Below, piece after piece: positions 10,693 to 21,748 of a stretch of DNA of 64,000 nucleotides. A program made the position numbers and the translations under genes. The stretch is taken from NCBI GenBank assembly GCA_010909165.1, contig MU008192.1, forward strand, positions 372,001 through 436,000, in the 5' to 3' direction. The notes beneath the pieces were generated by a model. That model was not told where the DNA came from and did not search any database. It saw only the letters and a program-made list of their open reading frames with translations. Numbering within the stretch: position 1 is the first letter of the stretch; the number at the start of each line of letters is the position of its first letter. The DNA comes from Anthoceros angustus. Taxonomy: Eukaryota; Plantae; Anthocerotophyta.

Positions 10693-12868
10693 ATGAGGAT
10701 GACTGCCAGGATGACGACGGTGCGGTGGCTGGCTTGGAGTTTGGCTTTGCTTGTGGTGCAATGCGCGTCAGGAGCTCCGCTCAAGACCCCCGACTTCGCG
10801 CAATGCCGGAACATCACGCTGAAGCTCACGCACAGCAACTACCGGTGTTGCCCGCCCGTGCCCCGATCCGTGAAGCCTTTCCAGTACCAGACTGACCTGC
10901 CGGTGCGGGTGAGGCGCCCCATCCACACCCTGGTGAACGACACGGAGTACTGGGACAAGTACAACCGGGCCTATGCTGCTCTGCGGGCGCTGCCGGATGA
11001 CGACCCCAGGACGCACAACATGCAGGCCTGGATGCACTGCGCGTACTGCAACAACGCGCTCATCCAGCGGGACGTGGCTCCGGACACCGTGCTGCTCATC
11101 CACAAGTCCTGGTTGTTCCTGCCCTGGCACCGCTGGTATGTCTACTTCCATGAGCGGATCCTGGCCAAGCTCATAGACGACGATACCTTTGCCTTGCCCT
11201 TCTGGAACTTCGACAACCAGACCGCCGCCGAGGGACACCACCGCGCCAACCGCTTCCCCTTGCAGTATACTGAGTGGGGTGCCCTGGGGGATCCCCTGCG
11301 GAGCAAGTTCCACATGCCGCCGCACACAATCGATATCCCCTTCGACCTCATCGTGGATTCTGGTCAGTCTTGAAAAACGTCGTTGCGAACAAGGAGTGGA
11401 TTGACAGCACATGTCGTTCTTGTGGATCACTGTGCTTGTTGTTTGTGTGCGATCTGAGATTTGCGTTTCGGGAAATTCAGGAGGGGAGCAGAGGCCAGAC
11501 TGTGGTTGTGTGTGATGTGAACTTTGCATCTTGGAGTCTGATGGTTTGCAGCAATTTATGTCATAGTGCATTTGCAGTCTGATCTGAGCTTGCCTACTTC
11601 GCCATCCCAGACGGAGGGATTGCAGCAATTTTAGGAGTGGAATGGATATCGAATTGGTCCAACCTGACGTCCTCTACTCTTGGTGTATGATTGTTGCAGG
11701 GGACTCTCCTTACACTCAAACGGAGCTGGAGGAGCGCAACAGAATTAGCATGAACAGGAACGTCTATCTTTCAACTGTTCCGCAAACCTTCTTCGGCCAC
11801 AAATTTGTGGAGGGGACGCCGGAGGCGCCTGGAGGCGGCTCAATTGAGTACATCCCGCACAACAGCATTCACGACTGGGTGGCGGATCTGACGTCTCCCG
11901 ACCACGAGAACATGGGGAATTTCTATTCCGCCGCTCGCGACCCGGTGTTCTACGGATTGCACTGCAATTTGGACAGGCTGTGGACTGTGTGGAATAATCT
12001 TCCTGGTGGCCGGCGCCAGAACCCCACGGAAACGGATTGGCTGGACACGGAGTTCATCTTCTTTGACGAGAACGGCGACGCGGTGGTGGTGAACGTCTCT
12101 GGCAGCCAGGAGACGGAGAGATTGCGGTACAGATACGAGGAGGTGGAGAATTCCTGGGCCAACTATTTCCCGCTGTCGCAGGGCTCCAACATTCTCCAAG
12201 CCGCGGCCAGGGCGCAGCAGCAGCGGCAGCAGTCCAAGATCGGTGCGTTGGTGAGCAGTGTCCTGCCGTCCTGGGCCAGCGAGTGGTGGAGGAGGAACGC
12301 TGCACCTGTTTGGAGTATTCTGGAGGAAGGCGCTGCGACAGAGACTGACGGCGACTGGGCAGTGAAACATTTGGCGGGAATTCCGCTCATGGGGCCCGCC
12401 TCCACGCCCGGCCAGAGTCCGGTCACCATCGGCGGGGAGCCGTTTCACTTCCGCGTTAGTAGGCCCGTGAAGTCCCTCCTCAGGCGGGGCGCGGAGGCAG
12501 CGGGGCTGGTGCCGGTGGCGGAGGAGGTGCTGGAGATTGAGGGGCTCGTCACCCCGATGATGAAGACCAACATCTTCGACATCTTCATCAACCTCCCGGA
12601 AGCCGACAGCAGCACGCCGATCACCATCGCCGAGTACGCAGGAACGTTTTACGAAATTCCCCACACTTCCGCTGCCATCAAGCCCAACGGCGAAGTGGAG
12701 CACCAGGACTGGCGCAATCAGAACTTCCGGTTAGCCATCAGTGGAGTCCTCGCTCAAATCGGCGCCTCCGACTCCAGCACCGAGCCCTTGGTAGTTAGCA
12801 TCATCCCAAGGGGTCCTGACAAGATGGAGCCGATGTTCATCACCGGCGTCACTGTCTTGCATTTGTAA
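10693..12868 (+). CDS. PPO: Polyphenol oxidase / tyrosinase-type type-3 copper protein with a secretory signal peptide, 2 exons, ~612 aa
   Basis: Exons 10693-11362 and 11700-12868, with a phase-1 GT-AG intron. CuA HCAYC...IHKSWLFLPWHRWY; CuB EYIPHNSIHDW...NMGNFYSAARDPVFYGLHCNLDRLW; DWL motif; C-terminal EYAGTF domain. The N-terminus WLAWSLALLVVQCASGA is signal-peptide-like. Confidence 0.96.
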
Positions 12869-14614
12869 GTTAAAAACCCTCTCCTCCACAGCTGCAGGCG
12901 ACACACTATTGCCACCACCTGCCCTTGTGTTGGAATTAGCATCACTATTTAGGATCCCAGTTGCCTCGGGAATTGGGAAAGGCTGTGTTGTATCTTGTAG
13001 AGAGTGCTCTCCGACCATCCCTGCCATTGCAGCATCTGGGAAGAGGCGATTGTCGAGTCCTTGAATTTTGTCCTGCGAACGTTAGATTAGGTTTCAGTTT
13101 CTGCTGGGAGCTTTACCGGCTTCTGGTGTATGTACTCTACCAAGTGCTTGGCATGTTAGCATCAGTAATTCCAGTCTCATGGCTCTGGCTGTCGACTAGG
13201 GGCGCTGAAGGTGTTACCCCCAGTTGGTTCCAGTCGACTGACTCCTCTTTTGTCGTATCTGGCCCTACCCGTACCCCTGCTCCTCCAACCTGCCAAGCTC
13301 CTACAACTTCCCAGCAAGCGAAGAGACAGGTGCGCGATTCTTGTGGTCCGCTATTGCAGCCACCACGCTTGCTGTTCAAGTGGAAAATGCTAGCGAAGTA
13401 CACAAAAGTCGTAGATCTGCTGGAAAGGCCCAGCGTGATGGGATTTTGCGCCGGAACCGGCCATCAGTCACACACTAGGCTCGAATGCGAAGCAACCTGG
13501 GAAACCGAGACCGAGGAACATGGGACTCCGAGATGGAGGTACAAACACAGTGGTACTTGCTGTAGGTAGTGACAAGCCCCACTGTATCCGTCAAAAGCAT
13601 GAGAGGCAGCCCCTGTACGTGCAGAAGAGGGATGACGCAGGCTCGGAGCCTGCCGGCCTGGCGTAGGCCCTCCCTGGAGCCTGGCCCCCTCCAATCATCC
13701 ATGTCCCGGAAGCAGAAGCAGCCGCGAAACTGGTCCGCCACGGGCGCCCACGACGTGGCCCGCCGTGGCCCACCGAACTCCCTACCGCCGGTCACCCCGC
13801 CAATAATGCGCACCAACCCGCTCATCTTTCCGGCGGCCGAATCTCTTTCCACCCGGAAAGATAACCTTTCCCCATCTTTCCGTCATCTTTCCCGCCTTCC
13901 CATCCCTTCCTTTTACACCAGGTTGTATAACTCCCCGTCCCTGTTCTGCTCCGAGCATCGTGCTGGTTGACCGCGCGCGTCCCAACATGCCGGCAAGCTA
14001 GAGAGAGGAGAGAGAGGCGGGAAGGGGGGAGCAACGAGCGTCTGGGACTTGGGACTTGCTTGTTCTAGTTCTAGTGTGGAGAGAGTTCGCTGGTGGAAGC
14101 AGGGGCCTGCATGATTGCATGTAAATTTGGCAGCCTCCATCTCCGCCCGGCCATCTCTCTTACCCATGTGTGGCTCCTTCCCGAGCTCCCGAGCTCCCGA
14201 GCATGATTGGCGTCCGGTTGTGAAAATTCGCGCATCGCTCTAATAAAGCAGAGCCCAGGAGGGTGGAGAGTAGCGGGCAGGAGGCTATCGCGGCAGGCCG
14301 CGCGGTGAGGGTGTCAGGCCAGGCGCGGGCAGACCCGGAGCAAGGGCAGCCAGGCGTTGATGTGCGCCTGCTTCTGCGCTTTCTCCTCCTCCTGCTCCTG
14401 GTCCAGCCTGTGGCCGCCTCCCTGCGTCTCTTTCATCTTCCTCGTTTCCTTCTCCAATCGCCCAACAAGTTCCTGCGCCCCTGCCCCCGCCCCCGGCATT
14501 GTGCGAGCCCGGCACCGGAGCCGGGAGAGCTGCATTGCGGAGGGGGAGGCGGAGGCGGATCGGGGACGGGGACGGGGACGGGGACGGGGGGTGTTTGTTG
14601 CCGCTGCTGCAACC

Positions 14615-15708
14615 ATGGTGGCCACGGGGAAGAAGCCCGGGGTGCTGCAGACGCAGCCCATGCTGGCGGACCTGGAGACGGCGCTCAGCGCCAAGTACAC
14701 GCACTACAGGATGTGGGAGGCGGCTGATCCCAAGGCGTTCGTGGCGGAGCACGCGGAGTCGATCCGGGCTGTGGTGGCAAACGCGTCGGGAGCCAGCGCG
14801 GAGCTCATCGACGCGCTGCCCAACTTGGAGATCGTGGCCTCGTTCAGCGTGGGGGTGAACGCCATCGACATCCCGCGCTGCCGGGAGAGGGGCGTGCTGG
14901 TGACCTACACTCCTGATGTGCTCACGGATGACTGCGCGGACATGGCCTTGTCGCTGCTGCTCGCCACCGTGCGTAGAGTTTGCGCCATGGACAGATACGT
15001 GCGGCAGGGCATGTGGCCTATTCATGGCGATTTCCCCCTCACTCCCAGGGTAACCCACTTTGCTTGCCTTCCTTCCCGTTCTCCGTCTTCGCCTTCGGGT
15101 TCTTGGGCTCGTTGCGGTGATGGGTTTCGTTGCGTTTCCTTCTCCTGCTTACGGTGTTTGAGGGCGGTTGGGTGCAGCTGAATGGGAAGCGGTTGGGGAT
15201 TGTGGGTCTCGGGAGGATCGGGCTGGCCATCGCCAAGAGGGCGGAGGCTTTCGGGTGCCTCATCTCCTACTACTCCAGATCCGAGAAGGCCAAGACTCCC
15301 TACACCCACTATTCCACGGTGCTGGAGCTGGCGCAGAATTGTGACATGCTGATGCTGTCTTGCGCTCTGACCAAGGAGACTTTTCACCTGGTGGGGAGGG
15401 AGATAATCGATGCGTTGGGGCCCGAGGGCACGCTCATCAACATCGCCAGGGGGCCTGTGGTGGACGAGCAGGAGCTGGTGAGCGCTATTCTGGAAGGCCG
15501 ATTGGGAGCAGCTGGGCTGGATGTGTATGAGAACGAACCTCATGTGCCGCAGGAGCTCTGGGGGTTGGACAATGTGGTGTTGCTGCCGCATGCTGCCAGC
15601 CTGACTTGGGAAACCAGGCGGGGGATGGGCAACCTGGTGGTTGCTAATCTGGATGCTCACTTTGGAGGGAAGCCGCTTGTCACGCCCTTCACTGCGGACT
15701 ACATGTGA
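14615..15708 (+). CDS. HPPR: Hydroxyphenylpyruvate reductase / glyoxylate-hydroxypyruvate reductase (HPPR/HPR2-like D-2-hydroxyacid dehydrogenase), 2 exons, ~321 aa; possible upstream in-frame ATG at 14360
   Basis: Exons 14615-15049 and 15178-15708. Motifs [28 protein letters not shown], Rossmann [15 protein letters not shown] and LDVYENEP...LPH. Confidence 0.92.
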
Positions 15709-16526
15709 ATGTCACCTCTGTCTCCAACCCCTCTGGCTTGGAATCTTGGGACACAGACACAGGAGTGGTTCAGGTGATTGGGCCACACAACTTGGGTACA
15801 GCCGTCTGTGGGTTGGGCTTCAAGTAGCCCAACCCACAGAGCAACTGGTATGGTACAGCTTTCTTACAGGTTCCTGAAATCCGAGACTTATTAGAGCTTG
15901 TGGGTCAAGAAAAGTCCTAGCGTAGGAGATTTTTGCCATGAATATTGCATAACCTTGTACAAAACTCGTTCGTTGTAGGCAGGTTCGAACTGCGATCATG
16001 GTGTCATCGAATTAGGTCATCCAATCTTTGTTGAAATAGATTTTATTTGTCTTGTTGGCAGCTGCCTCCTGAAACTGGCTTTCCTCCTGGCTCTGGGATT
16101 GAGGCCCGTGTCCTTTGATTTAGTGGAATTGTATCTCGAATAAAGTTTACGAGCCTGCACTTTTGATTTTAGATCTTCCACTTAGCTCCTTCCACTATAG
16201 ACGAAGGGAAAGTGAACATGGTACGAACAAACGCTCTCCATTCTTTGCCCCACCAAAGGCAACGTAAAGTGAAGTGTTCTGTACCCGGCAACAGAGGAGA
16301 CAACGTGTCGTGAATGTTTTGTTCCCGGCACTTGAATGTACACTGGCCACAGAGTTGTAAATTGTGCACAGCGCCATGTCCCTTGGTGGCAGAAATTAAT
16401 TCTGCCGTAGCACCACTCACTATTCAGTTCTCGCTAGAGTCCAGCTCTGTTGCAACCAGCTGTTCAAGTCAGTTGTGGCGCACATTATCAGAGTTTCGGT
16501 GGGAACAGATGCTTAAGTGTCATGAT

Positions 16527-18509
16527 TTATTTACGCCTCTTGCTACTGCCGCTTCCGCCAACTATCTTCTGCTGCTTCATGAATGCCGAGGGGCACAGGC
16601 TTTGCGCTTTGCAGATTGCGCATTGGGGGGAAACAGGCTTGCAGACCTGTCACGACGGCACCCACGCACATTTGCACTTTGTACAGAAATGCTGACACCG
16701 ATGAGATCTGAAAACGACAACTTAACAAGATAACAGCTCACAGACCTGCTGACCGAATCCCACGAACAAGAAGCTCAACTCCCCCCAAACAGTTCTTGGC
16801 AACCATGGCTCTAGTGCCTTCCGTGTCTGCTCTGGACTTGATTTCTCGGGCACCCATCCTAATCTGCAGCAAACTCTCCTCACATTTGTATCGACGATAA
16901 TTCCTTCCTCACTCCTGCAACGTGGCATACCAACCAGGGAGAGGTCAAGGGTGATACCAATCACAACCATCGGACTCATCAACAACTTGCGGTGATTGCA
17001 TCAGGAACTTGGCACTTGCTTGTTTCACCTTCCAAATGCCACGCACATGACAAGAAGCGCAACTTTTGGACCCACACCAGGTAGTTTCATCTTTGAGCAA
17101 GGGGCAATGGCTGCTGGTCAGTCACCGATACAGCGACAACGGCCAAAACTATTTACACGAAACAGAGCAGTATGAAGGTCCAGGGACTCCCTGGCTTACC
17201 AGATCTTCAAGTTCAGAAGGGACTGTCCCATTGTGTGGTGACTTTGATAGTATCTGTGCTATGCCCTTCAAATGCTTTGCTTTTTGCCTACGATCCACAA
17301 TGGCAGTGCAACATAAGTCCTCAACCAGCCATTCAGCAGGAAGGCTACAGGCGCCGGGTTAATTGAAAAAGACAGGGGGTGACAATCTCTTGTATGCCCA
17401 CCTGTAGAATCCAACTGGCTTGAGAACTTCAGACAGCGTATCAATGGTGTTTCTATCATTGTCAATTGCATTGATAGTCAGGCCCCCGGGCAAGGCATGC
17501 AGCCTTCTCATGGCATCTGCAGTTACAGCATCCCTCGTCTGCGAGCTAATCATTCCTGCTACTAGAGCATGAAATCTCTGTGTTTCTGCAGGAGCATCAG
17601 GATCCATGAGCTGCAGAGCAAAAAGGTGCATGTTTGTTATACCAGGCTTAGTTCATCTCAACCAACATACCACCAGAAGCACGTGTCACTCTTTTCTCCA
17701 AAACCGTCAAACAAGAACCTGACAAGCCAGCCTAAAACACCATACCTGCTGTGGACCCAGCAAGTCTACAGGTGCATTCCGGTCTATCCTCATGTCTCTG
17801 TATCACGTGATTTGGGTTAGAGAAAAGGTGCATTACAAGCTGGTAGGCCACATGACATTTTTCCACATCTGCATCGGCCACTAAAACGTCCATCAGAATA
17901 GTGCAAAGACACCTACAAAACTCAACAATCCGCAAGAGAAGAACCACACCACATAGGGTATCAATCAGCATCCAACACCAGAGGGCTGGCATAAAAAGAC
18001 CTGATCAAATCAAGAACAGCTTCCCACTTGGCCGGTGGTCCAGCCACGGCACTTCGCGTATTAGAAGCTTCCACGAAATCGGCTTCCTCCCCAGCACTGG
18101 CCTCCGTCTTCACATCCGCCATATCTTCAATGTCCAACTCCTGCTTCACGTGACGCTCAACCCTGCTGCGCAATTTTGCAAGCCGGCACTTCTTCATTGT
18201 CGCAGATTCCTCCAACTTTCCTACTCTCTTCTGACAAGAGGACGCTCTCCTCTTTGGTTCCCTCTTCTCCGCAGGACACCTGCCAGCAGAAAGTTCCTCC
18301 TCCTCTGCTTCCTTCTTGACCTGCCTAATTTCTCTAGTGACAGAAGGCAGCACCTTCCCGCTATTTTCTGCGTCCTTTCCATCTTCCTGTTCCACAATGG
18401 AAGCTGAGATCTCCGAGCACGCGTTCTCGACCAATTTTGCCATCGACTGCCTAGCCTTTTCCAGTCCATCGCGACGAAACGAGAAGTTGGCGAAAATATT
18501 GTACTCCAT
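16527..18509 (-). CDS. NTH: Endonuclease III (Nth-like HhH-GPD DNA glycosylase/AP lyase with 4Fe-4S motif), 7 exons, ~402 aa
   Basis: Exons 18509-18001, 17797-17746, 17610-17402, 17287-17200, 17090-17029, 16914-16746 and 16646-16527 join in frame. Motifs SSQTRD, PVGFYR, HhH LPGVGPK, VDTNV, GFGQQVC, FCL C-x6-C-x2-C-x5-C and C-terminal KRRK. Confidence 0.92.
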
Positions 18510-20340
18510 GCATGGACACACGCGTAGTCGGCAGACTGACGAAGACGAGGATGAGGACTCGCCGGCTTTCCTTCACATGTACACGACCAGACAGAAATAT
18601 GGAAGAAAATTCTTACGCCTACTAACCTTTTTTTGCTTTTTTGGTAATGGACGAGTCTTGTTGCAAGCTGAAATTGAGCAATCGAGCAATCCTGGAGAGA
18701 TTTTTACAAAGGTTCACAATTCTAAAAAGCTTCATCGTAGGAAGTCACCTATCCAAGTAGCCACACACCAAAGGATGTAACTACGGCATTCATGGGGATA
18801 AAGACGAGGCCCTTTTTCGACTTTCTCATGTTAATCATATGTATTTAAGCATAATTAAATAAATGAAAATCTGGTTGTTGTGTTCTCACTTGCATAATTA
18901 CCAACATAGTCAATTCCACCCCCTCATCTATTAGGAAAAAAGGAGGGGCCACTGATGCCTCTCCCATCAATTTTGAGATCGCGATGAGGCTCCATAACGA
19001 AGGCGAGCATCTTTACGTCTCTTTGGAGTGCGACAGCAAAGTTGATTGAGAAAACTTTATGAGGGCTCCGTGACACCATCTTCAGCACTCTCCAAAAAAG
19101 CCAGCATCATCTAAGGCATGGAATATGCTATTCGAATTTTCAATTATAGAAATCCATTTGGATTGAAGCAAGCTGGTTTGGAGTGTGGACTCAGCTAGTT
19201 GTAAGGAATTATAGATCTTCTTGCCCATGGTTGGGCATAGAGATGATGTCCAAATTTTTGTTCCAGAAATCGACATGTTCCTCAAAGTGCCTTACATCTC
19301 TGCTCAAAGGTCCGAGGTCTTCAACAATTGGAAAAAAACTTCATAGAGCATAGAACACAACGAAAAAAATTCAAAGTGAGTTAGTTCCTCCTTCATGGGT
19401 TAATCTCTAAATTCTATACCATCAACCCCGATCATGCATTGATTAATTTTTTAAGGATTTATATTATACTAAACTAAATTATAAATTCAATAAATAATTT
19501 TAAAAATAATAAAAATTAAGAAAAATAGTAATAAAAATTACCCCACTACATCTAAAGATTGCATGGATGAGGGTTAAACACCACTTGTGACCTCCAACCC
19601 TATTTGATGTCCTAATTGTTGAATGTAGGCAGCACTTAAGACTCTTAGGCATTAGAAGTTAGGAGTGGTGGACGTGCCCAAGGATGTCATTAGCCGGATT
19701 TGGGGTTGGTAAGTAAAGCACAAGACACGCCCAATGGTCGTAGCGACACTGGTATATGTGGATTTTGGTCGAAGATTCCATGAAGTTCGAATCCAATATT
19801 TGGCCTACCAAGATAATGTCCATCCGATGGCCATTGTTAACAGTTTTGACAAGCATGCCGGAGTTTTCCCAGCTCACATACGATTGCCTAAGTTCTCTGA
19901 ACAAAAGTTGTCCACTTTGGCCTATGATGTCCAAGTTTGGTTGCGGCAATTAGGGAGAATAGTTCACACAAATGGTCGGTGGTGTCATGATCAAGCTTTT
20001 GTAGCCGTGGATCACAGCTTGGAGATTTCTACGACAACTTAATTTGGAAATCGGTGCTTGTCTACTAGATCTTGAACAAGAGTAGGAAGATGCTATGAAA
20101 TGGTATATCTCACGGTCAGGATCCGTGAGACTCGAGGTACATAATTGTTCAGGAAGAATTGGCTGCTTGTCCTAGCTTTGTTATGTATTTGTCCATTATA
20201 TGGTTTTGGGCCAAGACGGCCGCGGCAGGCCGTTGTCTTGCCAGGCCTCAACTACCTAATTACTACGTATTTACTGGTTAAACCTGTATTTATTCCGGTT
20301 TAAGTTTGGGAAAATCCGCAAATCAGCATTTACCATATAT

Positions 20341-20522
20341 GGTTGGTTGGTTCCTGATTCACACACGTTGCCTTAGTTAGGTTGGTATCACGGTTGTGAC
20401 AGTATATGTGTGGCCTCTAACCCTTTTGATGTGTAAGTGCTAAATGTAGGCAGCACTTGAAAGAAGGGTCACCCTACACTTCAAAGGCTGTTAAGCATGA
20501 GGGGTTATGAGTGGCCGACATG
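20341..20522. repeat. Dispersed ~170-bp repeat (second copy 26639-26797, partial copy ~19565-19645)
   Basis: ggttgg..gattcacacacgttgcc..gtggcctctaaccc..aatgtagg..gcactt..ttaagcatgaggggtta..gagtggccgacatg is shared between the copies. Confidence 0.75.
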
Positions 20523-20759
20523 TAGTGGAGAACAGATTGAGCCGAAAGATCATTACATTGATGAGCAATGTGCGCTTACATACCCGTTTGAGCGGGTAAC
20601 AGTTAGCAACCATGATAACTAAGCAAGAAACTGCTTGTATAGTTGAACTGCTTGGCTATGCCGATTGATGATGCTACAATACGAATACATTCTTTTATCA
20701 CTATACTATCTATATGTCACAAAAAGCGTTGAAAACCCAGTTTTGTTAAAAAAAGATCC

Positions 20760-21748
20760 CCTGTATCTATTTGTCCGTTGGAATACTACTCATGAGTAAA
20801 CCCTTGTAGAAGACCAGATTAGCTATGTTGAGGGATGTGTGCACATATTGCTGCTTCACTTGTCTGCTGGCCACCACTTTTTTGATGAAATGGTGGTGGA
20901 TTTTGATGTGCCTGTTAGACCGGGTTTAGTATCATAGAAATGGAGGATTGGTTGCCTTATAGCAAGATGGTAGGGCCGACCTGTGGCTGATCAAGATTGG
21001 TGAGGAATTGTCGCAACCATATGATTTCCTTGGCCGCTCAAGAGGTAGTTGCATACTCTGCTTCAGTGAAGAAGAGACACACACTCGGTAGCTTCTTGGA
21101 TGCCCATGATATAGCTATGCTACTGAGAACCATGCAACATGCGGCAATGGACTTTCAGGCATCAAGGACCTTGCAGTCTTGGTGCTCTTGAGGTATCTCA
21201 ATATCCGTTTGACATATGTGATCCAATGATGTCTGTCAGGGTCGGAAACATAGCGAGAGGCAACATTGATGGCTTGTGCTATGTTTGGCCTGGTCTAGAT
21301 TGAGAGAAATAGCGGACGACCTACGACTTCATCTTATGGGACATTGTGCGACTTAGCAACATCTTCAAGAGTGGAAGGGCTATCCAAGTGAGATATCTTT
21401 TCACTAGTAGCTATTGGTGTACAACAGGGCCTGGCCTCAGATAAGTTGAAGCGTATTAGGATTTGCTCCACATAATGTGGTTCGTGAAGGAAACTAGTGT
21501 GTCTTGAAATATTTGATATAAACTGTAGGCCGAGGGCAAATTGCAGAGGTCCTACGTCCACCATGTCAAATTGTTGGGATAAGAGGCCTTGTCGATAAGT
21601 CTGATGCTATTGCCAAAGAGGAAATTATCGTCGACATAGAGTGCAACCAAAACTAAGCTTTGTCCTTCTTGGAGGATATAGACGTTATGGTTTGTTGCAA
21701 AGAGGATAAATCCATAAGCAAGAAAGAATTTAGCATTGATGCACGCAT
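20760..21748 (-). mobile_element. Older degenerate Ty1/Copia RT-RNaseH remnant (host), continuing at 26497-26570
   Basis: LVALYVDD near 21650-21625. The frame LYGLNQSSKAWHA|CINAKF is continuous once the nested element is removed. RNaseH-like KHIKIHHHFIK near 20910-20880. Confidence 0.8.

Noticed and set aside
12961-14170. Possible gene or miRNA precursor between PPO and HPPR
   Set aside because: I could recognise no protein motif, consistent splice model or known miRNA sequence by eye.
8736-15660. Long antisense ORFs (8736-9560, 10768-11628, 11840-12703, 14285-15058, 15022-15660)
   Set aside because: They are shadow frames of GC3-rich genes on the opposite strand and have no recognisable motifs.
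18900-20150. Short ORFs in an AT-rich intergenic stretch
   Set aside because: No motifs or in-phase exon chain were found, unlike the CK1-like locus.
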